Source: Vicugna vicugna
Taxonomy: Eukaryota
Assembly (NCBI GenBank): GCA_013265495.1
Contig: MU058000.1
Coordinates: forward strand, 1 to 64,000
Length of the DNA stretch: 64,000 nt
Direction: 5' to 3'
Shown here: in pieces, positions 1-14,367 of the stretch
Layout of the letters: each line of letters starts with the position of its first letter
Position numbering within the stretch: position 1 is the stretch's first letter
Program-made: the position numbers and the translations under genes
Notes under the pieces: generated by a model
Seen by the model: the letters and a program-made list of their open reading frames with translations, nothing else
What the model was told of the DNA's origin: nothing
Databases searched by the model: none

Positions 1-22
1 CAAAAAAAAAAAAAAAAAAAAA

Positions 23-1405
23 GATTTAAAATAGTCATGTGACTGTAGAGTCCTAATGTGGTAAACTGTGAAGATAAAAAGAACTAAAAAAAAACAAAAA
101 CAAAAACAATGACAACAACAAATATATAAAAAACTTAATGATGGTATTGCTTGTATCATTACCTGAAATGGTTACACATACTATCATATAAATAAAGTAA
201 ATGATTAAGTCAAAGAGATAAGAAACTTCAAATTTTCATTTAAGGCAAAATCACCAAAGCAAAACTCTGTAATCTTATGGTTAAATGTAAAAATATCAAT
301 ATGAATCTATGATGTATTTTTAAAAAAATACTTCTTTCCTGGTTCTCTCCATAAGAAGTTTAATCCATCAGCCACCAACACCCCTTGTAGCTAGACTGTA
401 GCATCTAAATTAAATTTTCCAGTAAAAGGAACTAGGGACTTTTTGAGAAATGGATGTTCCAGATCTGAAGGCAGACAGACAACAGACCAGAGGAGTTTGG
501 ATATCTTATCATACCAGATTGCAAAGCAGTTTTCAAATATTACTGAGCTTGTGTCAAAATTTCTCAGGAGCCAATTTAAGCTTCACACTGGCCAAAGATA
601 GAGCCATTTGAGCATCAGCAAAGCTAAAAATCACAATGAATTAAAAATGACAGATATGGTAAAACCCATAAATTCATAAAGATACAAAAAAAAGGCTAAT
701 TGGTCATTTTTGGAGGACGCTGGAGGACCAATTCTTTATCCTGAATTATTCATAAGTAGAGAGAAAAAGGTCAAGCATTTATCTTTCTTTTCATGTGAGA
801 ATTCTGTCTCACTAACGGTAACTAAATAGTTAACGAGGTAATTTTTCTCTCTATAGGAGTATTCCAGTTAATAAGGACGAGTGGCAGCACTGGGATAACA
901 CTATTTCACAACTCCTAATTGAAATAATGGATCCAGGTAATAAGCATGGATGACTGCTAATATCACCAAAAGAGAGACAATCAGGTATCATATGCCTCCT
1001 GACGGATGCACACACCACCACCTACCAAGTATTCTTGTGAAAAAGATTAAATCTGAGTCAATCTAGTCTTCTAGATCGAACACCAATTTACATGGGAAGT
1101 TGAATAGACAAAAACGAAACAAAACTGTGAGAATGCAATCAGCCAAATCCAGAAGGTGAGAATCTCTACAAGTCAAGCAACCCAGGTTATTCAACAAATA
1201 CATTTCAAAAAAAAAAACCCCATCAAGATTAAAATAGACAAAGTTAATCACAGCCAAATGCCAAGGTACCTTGTTTAGATCCTGATTTGAACAAATCCAC
1301 TCTAACATTAAAAATTGTATGCAAATCCAGTGAGCACTCAAATTTTCCTGCTCCTCTCATGAGAGTGAACATGGTCTGGATATTTGATGATCTGAAAGAA
1401 CTGCT
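23..1405 (+). mobile_element. Old L1 (L1MC-like) 3' region
   Basis: Motifs such as ggccaaagatagagccatttgagcatc and agaatgcaatcagccaaatccagaa resemble the L1MC 3' UTR; related to the 18860-20250 copy. Confidence 0.6.
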
Positions 1406-1999
1406 GTTAATTTGGGGGGGTGTAACACTGATATGATGGTTGGGTTTAAAAACTTCATCTTGTATTTTATAACACTGAAATCTTTTGTCCTCTTGGTTCC
1501 AGAGAACAAACTCCACCCTCTTTTGTCTCTACTTCTGATTTATTCTTTCCTTCAATTCTTCCTCACTGTCATTCACTACCCTCCTCTAACTTTCTTCTCT
1601 TCCCTTCTTTTATGGTTCTCAATTTTTATTTTTTCATTGCATATTTTTCAATTTTGCTTTCTTCCTTCTTACACTGATTGGTTATCAAGCCCCGTGCTCA
1701 GCACCAGAGAAACAAAGATGAACAAGACATGGATGTATGTATGAGATAGATGGTGGCATAGATGCAGAAAGAATAAGATGCAGTGTGGAGCTCCAGGACC
1801 ACCAATCTCTTTAAGCTTGAGATCCTATATGCCTCATTTTCAGGAGGCTCATGCTGAATCCCCAATTTCTTTAGTCTTAAAATTTGCCTCCTCCAACTTC
1901 AAATATAATTACACCTCCCCAAATTGAAAAATAGCCTTCACTGTCATGTTTTAATAAAGTATTTCAAACATATTTAAAAACAGTAAAATAATAAGTCAC

Positions 2000-2790
2000 T
2001 CACCATCTAAATGAATACATTGATGTTTTCTCTTACTCAATTCAGTCTTTAAAAAAATAGAAAATAAATAAGACATTTTAAGTGCAGTTGAAGTTTTCTT
2101 TGTAGCTCTCCTTGGTCCCATTCATTTGTAACATCTCTGCCAACCCTTCCCCTCACCAAGTAACTACCGTCTCAATTCCTTCCCAGTTTTTCATACTTTT
2201 GCTACATATGTGTGGGTTTTACTATGTAGTTTTACTACATGTATACATAGTTTTTAAAATAGCATTCTTTTGAATGTTTTTAAAGTACATTATGATACCA
2301 CACTTTGTTTCATCCTGAAATTTGTTCTTTAAATATATTTTATTATATATTTGAGATGCATCCATATTGATGCATACAGTTTCATTAATTTTACCTGATG
2401 AATACAATTTATCAGATAAACAGGGCATAAATTAGCTTCCCCTTGCTGACGGACATTTACATTACTTACAACTGTTCACTACCAAATATGATGTCCAAAT
2501 GGACATTTTATTACATGTCTCTTTGTGGACAAGGGAGTTTCTCTAAGGTACTTAGCCAGATGTAAAATATCTGAACCTTATGCCATGTGCATTTTCATCT
2601 TCACTACATAATGTGGATAGTATCAGCTGTCTCCCCAAAATAGTTGTTCCAATGTGTTCTTCCACTATTAATGTATGAGGTTTCCTCCACAGCCTTGCAG
2701 CAATTGGTGGTGTCAGATTTTTATATTTTATACTGCCTGATGGGTTTAAATATATCTTATCATTATTTTCCAATCTGGTTTCCATCCTCA
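2000..2790 (-). mobile_element. Old L1 (L1ME-like) 3' fragment
   Basis: Degenerate antisense L1 3' motifs (ttgagatgcatccatattg, tggtggtgtcagatttt). Confidence 0.55.
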
Positions 2791-5205
2791 TTTAGCTATA
2801 AAATTGTTCTTTCCATGGACATCTAATAATCACCTTCTTGCCAAATCGCAAAGACTTCACTTTTACTCATCATTCTGCTTGACCTCAATTGCACTTGGCA
2901 TACTGGTAACCACCAGGTCCAAACTCTCTTCTCCCTTTGCCTACATTTAGCAATATTCTGGGGAAGAAGAGGCAGAGAACAAGAAGTCCGCTTATAAGTT
3001 CAGATGTAAATCTGGTAGCTAAGTTAGGGAAGGTACTCTTTAAAGAAATATATTTAATAAGAGAACTGCAAAGTTGGAAAAATCTTTAAAAATACAAGTA
3101 GATTTCATAGTATGAAATACATAAAATTAATATCAAAACAAATACTTCTAAGTTTGGGGTATGCAAGAGACAGCATCAGAACACATTCACAATAAGCACT
3201 ATACCTAACGCATCATATAATAATAATTCCTTAATTATGTTCAGTGTAGCTTGTGTGTGTGATTCATCTTATACTGGTAAGCTTACTGCTTATTAAAAAC
3301 AATAAACACTTTACATTTTATAATTAAATCTACTATAATGTCAAAAGGGGGGCTATGGGTCTCATGAAAGTCCTTTGTGATGTATCTCCCATTTACCATG
3401 AGTTCATGCTCTATGCAAGCTAGAACACAGATGAAAAAATAAGATCATTCGGGTTTGGTCCCAGGAACCTTTAAATGGATCTACATGGGTAGCCATGTAT
3501 GAAAACATTGCTACCTAGAACATTGCTTTTTGGAGCTCATGCATATCTGAAGCAGTCAGCCTCACCATTCATTGCCCACCATTGACATCACTGACGACAT
3601 TAAACACATTTTAATCTAAGTCACTCAACAGATATTTCTGGGAGCATGACTCATTAGTCCTTCCAGGTGAGGGGACTTAACAGTGACGTAAGTCTCTTTC
3701 CTCACACAACTTAGACTCTAGAAGAAGTTTCTGTGAAGGTAGTGCCAGGCTCTGATCAGCATCTCCCATTTTTAGAAGTTTTTTGAAGGATATGGGATGG
3801 AATGTTTTTTGTTTTGAGGAAACAGTAGGGTAGCTGCCAATGTTGGCAAAAATAAAATTCGTAGATGTGATCAGGCTAATACCAAATAAAGGGTCATAAA
3901 CATCGTAAAAAAGACAACATCCAGATTTCTCAATACAGTCTAAGTCTAAAAATGCAGAGTAATGGCACAAATGAGCTTATTGAATGACATTTGTGTAAAA
4001 TAATTAAAATAAAAATCAGACAAATCCTTAAAAAAGACTATCTCTGCCCCACACATAAGTTGGCAATTACTCAAACCTATAACCAAGAATCCTTACAAAC
4101 TGTGACTATTTTGTGTAAAATAGCCCCTTTATTTGCAAAAAGTAAAAAGTTTATTTCTTTGGTGACTCTCATTAAACCTTGTATTCTGAATGTTTCCAAA
4201 ATGTTTCTAACAGTGTTTCTTTATGGGAGAAGTAGTGTTCTTTATTAAAGAACATTATGGTGTTTCTTTGTGTTATTCCTGTAATCAGTCTTTAAACAGA
4301 CAACTCAGCAGAGAATACTGCATTCAAGTTTGGCAGAAGAATAAATCATTACTTTTTACTTTCTTTGGTTGACTTATGGTGGTTCTACCAGTGGAAGAGT
4401 CTATTCAACTATTAGTTTACTCTGAATGTTTAGCTAAACATTCTATGAAATAAAACTGCTCTTTTTTCAAGCCTTGGCAACTATTAACAAGACGAATTAT
4501 CTTCATGGTTTTGTCAAAGTTTTTCCAAACAAAGTAGTAGAATTAGGGAGGAGGATGATTCTAGTATATGCTTTTACTATTCTAGACATATAGAGTTGGT
4601 TTTCTAGATTGCTAGCAAAAAATTTGGAGAGAAAGAAAAATCATCAGTTTAGATGCCCTATACCATTGTCCTCAAGCAATGATTGTCCAAAGGCTGCCGA
4701 GTTCTCTTAGAGAAGAACTCATCTTGCTATCAAAATCACCAATTATGGGAATGACAGTACATGAAACACCAGAATTTTTTCCTTTGGTTTGTGAAGATAG
4801 TTATTTGGGTCAAAAAATGCCTGTGTTCCGTATTGAGGTTCTTTGATTCTCAAAAGGAAATACGCTTAGCTCGATATATGCACTCAAAGACCACGTGGCC
4901 TGTTTCTGGAGCACCAAAGAGGAAATCCAACTGTGTCAGACTTGAACAAACTATAGTTGTCCGTGGATCTTGGCTGTTGGCATGTACACTTTAAGCATTC
5001 GGTATACTGAACCTGAAATTTCAAGAGAAAAGTTCCAACCTCATTTCTTATTATAATAAGTTTTAAGCATTTATAGCCGAAACCCAGACATGGATATAGC
5101 ATACTAATGCTAAGAAATCTAATTACTATCTCAACTTCGTTAAGATTTTAAGGGCAATATCTTCTTTTTTCTTTTCTTTTCTTTTTTTTTTTGGCCATAC
5201 ACAAG

Positions 5206-5431
5206 CAACTATTTATATAGCATTTAGATTGTATTTACAGCTATTTACATATCATTTACATTGTATTAGCTATTAGAAGTAATCTAGAGATGATTTAAAG
5301 TATACAGGAGGATGTACATAGGTTATATTTAAATACTACACCATTGTATACATAGAAGGGACTTAGCATTTGTGGATTTTGATATCCGAGGGGGTTCTGG
5401 AACCAATATCCCTTGGATACAAGGGATGACT
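5206..5431 (+). mobile_element. MER2 (TcMar-Tigger) right half
   Basis: gtaatctagagatgatttaaagtatacaggaggatg...ggaaccaatatcccttggatacaagggatgact followed by a TA run; internal ~30-bp tandem duplication. Confidence 0.8.
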
Positions 5432-5479
5432 ATATATATATATCCCTTTTTTTATTATTTATTTATTTTTCCTCCCCAC

Positions 5480-5790
5480 CCACATATATATACTCCCCTA
5501 CCCTAAACATCCCTCATCAGTGTGGCATATTTGGTAAAACCGATGAACCAACATGGACACATTATTATTATCAACCAAAGTCCATAGTTTACATTAGGAT
5601 TCACTCTTGATGCACTACATTCTATGAATTTTGACAAATGCATAATGACATGTAGCTGCCACTGTAGTATCATAGAGAATAATTTCATTGCCCTAAAAAT
5701 CCCTTGTGCTCCATCTATTCATTCCTCCCTCCCTCCCTCTCCCAAAGCCCCTGAAAACCACAATCTTTTCATTATTTCTGTAGCTTTGTC
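5480..5790 (-). mobile_element. L1MC-type 3' end
   Basis: gatgaaccaacatggacacattattattatcaaccaaagtccatagtttacattagg is typical antisense L1MC terminus. Confidence 0.75.
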
Positions 5791-6259
5791 AAGGACAATA
5801 TCTTAAAAGTGATTTTAAGGAGGAAAAAGATTGTCTCATTTATTCCTACCGTAAGAAAATGTGGATGGTATTTTCCTGATGTGGCAAAAATCTCTTTTGG
5901 AAATTCACAAGAAATATCTTGAAGGACTGGACCATATACAACTAGCTCTGAATATTTTAAAAATTATGCTTAATTCAGCTTCCAAAATTAATTTCTGTAT
6001 AATCACAAGTGCAGTAAAATATCACCCTAGAGGAAGTAAACAGGCTTTGCCTGACACTATTCGATTTTCATCAATATACACGTGACACACAATTTCTTGA
6101 CTTTAGGAAAGCAAGAAAATAACTGTACAGTCTTTTGATATTTAAGCACACTATTATATCCTTCATTTTTCACCATTTTTTAATTGTAGAAATTTTACAC
6201 ATTAAAGCTTTCTGATCAATACCATTTTTTTGCGGGTTCCTTGTCTTGTTACACTTCCT

Positions 6260-7270
6260 CACTAGAAGACTTTCCCAAGGCTTGGCTCTTAGTCATTTTC
6301 TTCTTTCCTTCTTTCTTTTTCCTTTTTTTTGGGGGGGCACTCATTTTAAAAACTTATTTCTCATATTTTGAACTATGATCTCTGTGCAAAGGACTTCCAA
6401 ATCTGTTATCATAACGTTTAACCAATTCTCCATTATTATATATTCATTTATTTTGAGTCAATCACCTAATATCTATAGGGCACTTACTATATACAGGTCT
6501 TGCCCAAAGCACCAGAAACACAACAGAGCACAGAGCAGTCAGTGCAGGCACCTTCAGAACTGGCTGCCAACGAATGGCCTCCTTAGATATCTGCTCAACA
6601 CACTGCATTCAATATTCAGTAATTAAAACTCATCATTTTCTCTTCTCCTAGCTCTCTTTCTTGATTAAAATTTTTGCCAATGCTACAATCATATGCTTCT
6701 TCATTCAGATGTGTAACTATGGGATTAACTTGAATTTTGGAAGTAAGGAGATAGAGGACATTTTTTAGTTTCCATCCCATACCTATCAATTTTTAGAAAT
6801 CCATATCTGTTCTTTCCCATCATTTTCTAATTGACCCCCTAGCATTCAAGGTCCTTTCCTTTCAATCCATTCTATACATTATTTTTGCACATTATTTTTA
6901 GAATAGCATCCACAATAATGTCTTACCCCGTTTCAAAATCGTCATTGGTTCTCCACTATCTATTGTTCAAGCATTCAAGACAATCCACAAAATGTAAGAT
7001 CTTTTCTGACTTTATCTCCTATGACTCCCTAAAGTATGTTTCCTGCTATAACCAGATCACCCTCCGCACTGTTCACAGAACATACTTTAGCATTTCACCC
7101 CCACGTTCACACTTGTTGGAATGCTACCTCTCAACCCCTGATTTTTTCCCTAGCTGGCCAGGTTTCACCCAATTTAAGATAAACATGTAGTACCACCTCC
7201 ACCTGAGTTTTTTTTTTGACTTTTCCAACCAGCATTGAGCTCTCTCAGAAAGCATGGACTATTCTATTTA
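6260..7270 (+). mobile_element. L2 fragments
   Basis: Degenerate pyrimidine-rich L2 3'-region motifs. Confidence 0.4.
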
Positions 7271-8224
7271 TCTCAGCACTCGTAATGTTTTAATGACTTA
7301 GCTTTTAGAAATGAGTATATTTTACCTCTGAAATCAAATTAAATTTCCTTAAGTTTGGGGCCTTCATTTTTTTACTTGTTATCTTACAACTCTTAATGTT
7401 GTGATTCTGTCTGCCTAAAGGTTGACATTATAGGATGACTTGGCCTTTTATTACAGATTTACATGTGCCACAGTCTAATCATATCTTCTTAAATCTGTGC
7501 CCAAGCATCATATAAGATGTTTAGCTTTTTATGAAGAGCACCATTTGCTCTCTGCACAAGGGAGGAACAGTGAGAGTTACAGATCAAGGAGAAAAAATCA
7601 GATACATTTACTGTGACTAACAGCACTAACATGGCCCCCTGTTTGCTCCATTACTGTTTATTATCTGTTTTTCAACAGTGGTCTGCGTTTTCTCAAAAAC
7701 TCTGATGTAGAGACTGGTACAGTGTTCCTCAGGCAAGAACATACTCAGTGTGCAGTACACTGACAGCGAAGTGCTGATGGACATCATTCAAGAATTTTGA
7801 TACGTCAGGAACTGTACCCCTGTGGGATTCGTAATGGGAATCAAGTGCAGCCATTAGGTTGATTTACCAATGCCACACTTCACTTTAGTCTGGCTGACAG
7901 TGCCAGAGAAGACAGAGGTCCTCACCTAGTACCTTCCAATTAATGTGTTTAGCATTCCTGTCATTCTGCTAAGCAGCTTGTGCCTGAAAGTCACAAATAA
8001 TTCTGTGGTCAGAGTAATCGTCTGAAAGAAAATAGGTGTCCAGTTGACCAGTAAGCTTGTGAATGGACTTCAAAGCACTTGTGAAAAGATCATCGTGTTA
8101 AGATCAGAATAATCTAAAAGAAGAGAAATCTAGGCTGGGCCAGAACAAAAACAATTTCATAGGATATGGGTTTTCAAGTTCCACATTAAGGAAGAACACA
8201 AAGCTTTGCTAGAAGTTTATCTGT

Positions 8225-8720
8225 TAAGCTTTATTTAGGCATAATTTATACCACATAAATTCACCCATTGCAAGTGTACATCTGAATGGTGTTTAGAAAA
8301 TGTAGAGCTTGTACCTGTCATCACAGTACAGTTTTAGAACATTTCCATCACCTTCAAAAGTCCCCCTTGTACCTTCATTTGCAGTTAATCCTTATTCCCA
8401 CCTCAACCCCTAGCAACGACTGATCTGCTTTGTATCTCTATAAATTTCCCTCGTCTCAATGTTTTGCATACATAAAGTTATATTATACACAGTCTTATGC
8501 ATTGGAATTATTTCACTGGGCAAAATTTTTTTGAGGTTCAATTTGCTGTAGTACATCTCAGTCGTACACTGCTTTTTATTCCTGGGTAGTATTCCACTGT
8601 ATATGTCTTCATTCACCAATTTTTGGTCACTTGAATTATTTCCAGATTTGGGCTATGATGAATAATGTTACCATCACTATTCATATACATATCTTGTCTT
8701 TGTGTGGATATGTTTTCATT
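8225..8720 (-). mobile_element. Old L1 (L1MB/ME-like) 3' end
   Basis: ataaattcacccattgcaagtgtaca...ttttagaacatttccatcacc...agtattccactgtat. Confidence 0.75.
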
Positions 8721-9228
8721 AAAAATAATAATAATCTCCCCCTCTTCAAAATTAGGTTTTTTTCCTATATGCCGTAATTCTAAACTCTAATGGAATGGTC
8801 AAAACCCACAGAAAATAGCACCACCAGAAAGGATTTAAAAGGATGAAAAGCCAGATCTGATTCATTTCATTCTGTAGGATTCTTTACCTGATTCTTAGTC
8901 ATTCTGTGTTCAGGTAATAATACACAGAGAAATGACACATGGTTAAGTCAAAATGCTAGATAAGGTAGCCTTTATCAGGGGCTATGTAGTTTTTTTTCTT
9001 TCCACCATACAATCGCCTAAAGAACACAATAAAAACTCTCGAACCAACTCATTCAATGCCATAGGTTTCTTGAGGCAAACAGAACAACAAATCTATTACG
9101 ACTTGACCCCTAGTTTAAATAATGTTTATTCTAACTATTCAGCTATATACACTTAATCTCTCAAAACATAAAAATTTGCTACCAACTTATAGACATGCAG
9201 AGTATTTTCCCAGCAGGTAGACTATCCC

Positions 9229-9597
9229 TCTTACAGACTGAATGTTGTGTTCCCCCAAAATTAGTACGTTGAAGTCCTAACCCTACCAGTGTGATGGTAT
9301 TAGGAAGAGTTTTAGGGAGGTAATCAGGTTTAGATGAGGTTATGAGGGTGGGGTCCTCATAATGGGATTAGTGCCCTTATAAGAAATGACTAGAGAGCTT
9401 GCTTCTTGTTCTCTTGCCATGTGAGGTTACAACAAGGGGCAACCGTCTATTTGCAAGCTAGGAAGAGGGCCTTCACAGAACGCTACCATGCTAGAACCCT
9501 GATCTCAGACTTTCAGCTTTCAGAACTGTGGGAAATCAGTATCTATCGTTTAAGCCATCCAGTCTCTGGTATTTTGTTATAGCAGCCTGTGCAGACT
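9229..9597 (+). mobile_element. ERVL-MaLR solo LTR (MLT1A-like)
   Basis: gactgaatgttgtgttccccc...taatcaggtttagatgagg...tggtattttgttatagcagcc. Confidence 0.85.
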
Positions 9598-10589
9598 CCC
9601 TTTCAGCGATCTTCACCCCACCCTAAGAAAACTTCTTCTTTTCTCAAAACAAAATAATGCAAACAAAACTGCAGAAATTAAGATGAATATTAGTTTATAT
9701 TCTAATATATATTTGCTTCTAGTGTAACTTCTTATCTTGAAATTTTATGAAATTAAAGAAGAGCCAGCAATGTATTTCACTTATTTCTGATATCTTGTGG
9801 ATAATATTTCAGAGGTCCTTCTTTCATAACAAATATGTTATTGTAGAGTTTCTCATGTTAAAGAATAATTTTAATTTGCCTTATTGCCAACATTTTTAAT
9901 GAGGGCACACATCCCTGAAATTACAATGCAAATCAGTAGGGAAATGTGATTTCCCTTACAAAATGTGTTCAGAATGATCCTGGAGAAGCATAACCCTTGG
10001 TAAATTAACGTGCACCCACAATGAGCATCATCACTCTAATGTACGTAGATTTACCTGAGGTCTCTGATAAGGGTCCCTTGGTTAGCTGGCAGAAGATGCA
10101 CGAGGAAAGAATATGCCATCACCCTATGCCTCTGGGGACACTCTGGCTCATAGACCCAAACTGTCAAGCACTGGTAACACAGTAAAGACAACAGTGACTT
10201 TCTGTGTGATAAAACAGAGAAGTATGTCAAAAAGCCCTGTACAACCAAAAGAGCACTTGGAATATTATCAACAGGGTATGTCTCAGGGACAATCAGTGAA
10301 CAAGCTAAGACTGTGAGAATACCCCTAGTAAAGGCATATGGCCAGACAAAAAGGATACTGGAAAACTTCAGCCATCACATTTCTTTCAAAAACAAATCAC
10401 TGTAATTACCAAGCACTACTGTCTGCATCCAGAGAACATTTACCTGCATCCAGAGGAACAGGAGTTCTAAAAGGAGCTAAATCTTGCTTCCTTTACCATC
10501 TTCTTGGTTGTCAGAAGAAATAAATGGCATTCTTTTTATGCTTTGCTGGCATAGGAGGAACAGGGATTTAGGCTATACTGAAGTAGCCA

Positions 10590-11030
10590 TAGGATATCAA
10601 CTTCAGGAGGCCTAGTGTTGAAAATACCCATGTGGAGCTCAGAAGAAAAACCTAGCTGGAGATTTGCAATTGTAGCTCATCAACATAACAATGTCAACTG
10701 AAGCCACAGCAATGCACACACAGGAAAAGGATAATTTTCAGGCTGAGTGGAGAGCCAGGAGAAAACCTTCCTCAGCATCTAGATATAAAGAACACACAGA
10801 ACAAGAAAAGTCTGTGACAGCTGGTAGGCTGTCTGAGAAGCCAAAGGAAATGAGTGGACAGAGTACCTGGATGAGGAAGGGGTACACCAGCACTGCCAAA
10901 TGTGTCATGGGTGACACATCCATCTGATTTAGCAATTGAGGGGTTGTTAGTAATCTTAACCAGACCACAGTGGACTGGGAAGGGGGGAGAACAAAGAGAT
11001 ATAACCAGTGGCAATTATTCTTTCAAAATG
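10590..11030 (-). mobile_element. L2 fragment
   Basis: ggagctcagaagaaaaacctagctggagatttg and downstream purine-rich antisense L2 motifs. Confidence 0.55.
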
Positions 11031-11724
11031 TTTGGGCAGAGATATGTCAATAGTAAGAGGAAGAGAGGATGTGAAGTCCAAGACACTTAGTTATTTAGGT
11101 AACTCAACAGCCAAAGACAGGTTTGGGTACTAATGAGAGAAAGAAGCAGAGAGGGAAGGATGGAAGACACATGAAGGAGAGGGATTCATTCTTATAAACT
11201 TCAGATGCTCAGCCAGTAACGAGTTTAAACAGAGTGATCCAGTTCAACACCTCTCCATTTTAGATACAAGGATCCTACAGCTCAGAGAGATTAGTTCATT
11301 TAACTGATAAGTGGCAGAAACAAGGATCCATCCCAGGTCTGCCATTTCACAAGCCAGGGCTTCCCCACGGGACCACTTCACAGTCTGTTTAATCCTGAGG
11401 ATCTGACAGCTTGTGCACCGTGTGGGGAGGCGGCGGACCCAGCAATGTCAGTGAGATCTGAGGAGGACACACTCTAAAGAGCCAAAATTCCTGACTCCTT
11501 TACAACCAGGAGGTCTAACAGCTTCCCTATAGTGAAACAGGTTTCTCCAAATTTCAAGATCCTCTGACCCCAATTCATTGTGTCTGTTTCCACTTGCCGC
11601 TCAATTTGCTTGCCTTGGACCCATGACTCTGCCTCGACATCTACCTTTGTCATAATCCCTAAATAAAATTATGTCATAGACATTAAAATCATGTCACAGA
11701 AATAATAAAATTACTTTATACTCT

Positions 11725-11932
11725 ATTAGATAAAATTTAGGATGTCTAGTTAAACTGGAATTTCCAATAAACAGTATGTTTTTTATTTAGGATCGTTATG
11801 TCCTGTTCAATACTTGGAACATATTTATTTATGCTTAAAAGTGATTCATGTTTGTCTGATGTTCAAATTTAAACGGGCAGCCTGTTTTGGGTTTTGCTTT
11901 CGCTATCACTGTTTTGGCTAAATCTGGCAACT
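11725..11932 (+). mobile_element. MER53 (hAT) MITE
   Basis: agataaaatttaggatgtctagttaaactggaattt...ttcaaatttaaacgggcagcctg...ctaaatctggcaac; internally palindromic. Confidence 0.75.
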
Positions 11933-12939
11933 ATATCGAAGGACCAGGTAGCTGGATGGACCTTCTCCTTTCATCACTCCTACTCCTCTTGGTGCAGCAG
12001 TCAGTTCATAACCCTGTTCCACAGTCACAACTGCGTGAGGCACAGACTGAAAAAGATTCGTAAGCTCTGCTGGTATAGGACTCCCCAAATATCTGATCAA
12101 CCCCTAAATCCCATATGTTTGTCTTAACAAGGCAGTCTAGGATTTTTTTTTTCTAGATTTTCTTCCTTAATTATGTGTGGTTTCAACAGATCAACATTTC
12201 TTACTACCCTATGAGCAACCACTAAATGATGGCAGATAAAGTCTATGGAACTGGCACAGAGGAGAGGAAACTGCCTCATATTTTAATTTTTTCCTCAGAT
12301 AATCCACAAAGCAGATAAGGAGCCATGGTCCCATTTACTCTCTGCTGGTAGACTGATACACAAGGGGCAGTTTAGGCCAGAAAATCTGGGTTGTATCTTC
12401 CTCATCTGGTCTCAGAGGACTGCCTGGAGGTCAGCAACTCCTGGCACTCACAGTTGCTGACCCAACATGACAGATTAGATAAAAAACACAAGGAAATAAG
12501 GACTCAGTTAATTTATGCAATCCTGCCCTGCTCTGTTAATCCAAGTGTATACTAAGTGCAAATGATAAAGAGTGGGAGAACTTCATGTGTTTAGCCTTTA
12601 AAAAAAAAACCCAAAACAACACATTTTGCCCCAAGCCTTTTTCCCCTTCATTTAAAAGTTAAATTGTGTATTTCCAAGATAAATCTAACCCATGTGTCTC
12701 ACTTCTTCTAACAGAAAACTGTTGTAAAAGAGCACACTGTTATATCAAGCACTTCCAGAATGTCATTTTTATTTCAAATGAGAAAACTATCTTTTCTAAA
12801 CACATAGCAACATTCAGCCTCAAAGGTACATAGGTATGGTTCCAACTCACATCTCATGCGAGCAGCAATAATCTCTTCTCAGCTGATCAGTTAATATCCT
12901 TTCTGAAGTTTCTTGTCATCTGATCGACACTGTCAGCAG

Positions 12940-13150
12940 CTGGGCATTTATTAAGAATCTATTATGTGCCAGACACTAGGCTTTGTACTTTATGACCATT
13001 ATTTCTAACCTCAATCACCTGGTAGGGTCACATTATTAACCTATTTCCATAGACAAAGTTATTGAAGTCTCATGAGGTTACGTAACAGATGAAGCCAAAT
13101 GAGAGGCTGACACAAGTCCTGCCTGACACAGAAGCCCAGGGTCTTCCCGC
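12940..13150 (-). mobile_element. MIR SINE
   Basis: catttattaagaatctattatgtgccagacact and antisense MIR core. Confidence 0.65.
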
Positions 13151-13574
13151 TGTCCCAGATGGTGGTATGTCCCCTCACAGGCAAGAAAAGCCAAGTCATC
13201 TCTGTTTTCGTAAGCAAATAGTCTTACTAAGAGACAGACAAGAGCATATTAACACAGAATCGACTAACCTGTATTTAACTCAGTGGAGAGCAACACACTA
13301 AGATGATACATCCATGGATCTCAAAAGTCAGTGTTTTATAAGAAAGCAGACTGTCAAATCCACAAAAATAAAACACCCAGATCTTCTTTGTTAAGATGAA
13401 GTATAATGAATCCTATCTTCAGTGCTTCAGCTTTTTGAAGGGATGGTAGTCACATACAGAATGTATTTATTTCTTTATTATTTTTTTTGGTATTATGAGA
13501 ATATAAAAAAAGAGGAAGGTTTCTTATTTTCAAAGTGTATGCATTACAGAGAGCCAACAAGAAGAGTGAATGAA

Positions 13575-13800
13575 AGCACAGATTCCAGATTCCCACACTC
13601 TTGGGTTCCAAACTGACTAATGCTGCTTACTAACTAACTATTCAGTTACGGGCCCTTTGCGTCACTGCTCAGTACCTCAGTTTCCTCATTTAACAAATGG
13701 ACATAATAATATTTATAGGAATGTTATAACAATTCAATGACAGCCTATTTGGAAAATAATTGACCTAGTGCCTGGGTCATAATGAGCGCCTTGTAAATAA
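13575..13800 (+). mobile_element. MIR SINE
   Basis: cctcagtttcctcatttaacaaatggacataataat...tagtgcctgg. Confidence 0.7.
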
Positions 13801-14367
13801 ACGGTGGTCAAGGTTGTACTTAAACAATCAAGTACAAAACGTTGGCAGTCATACTAAAATCACAGAGGCCAGTGAGGTGACATTTTCAAAGAACTGCAGC
13901 CCAGGCATAGGAAAAGAAGACACCTAGCTGAGTGCCTTGCAGCACTGGGAAGAAGTGTGTGTGGTGGGGGGGAGGGCACTGTCAGATCTAGCACACACAA
14001 AGGCAAAAAGAGCCTGACAACAAACTTGCTCTGTGTAACAGACGAAGACCTGCTACTTACACTTTGGCCATGAGTGAACTTCTGTCTGAATGTTTCATAT
14101 AGGAAAAAATAAAACATTAAAGAGAAAACCTGCACCGTATTAGGAGAAATTAAAAATTAGGAGATCCAGAATTTACATGGTTTAACCATAAAAATAAGCA
14201 TTAGCCCACGTGCCTTTGGCCTAACAGTAACTGTATCATTCCTAGTAGGAATCATACATTGAAACTTTAAAAAAGTCATTTTGTATTTGTTTAGTAATAA
14301 TGAAAATCTGCCTTCAAGAAAAAAACCTGAGTACATCTAATTTAAGTTATTTTTGTGTTTTCTTAAA

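Noticed and set aside
11725..11932. Hairpin as a novel structured RNA
   Set aside because: Explained by the intrinsic palindromic structure of MER53.
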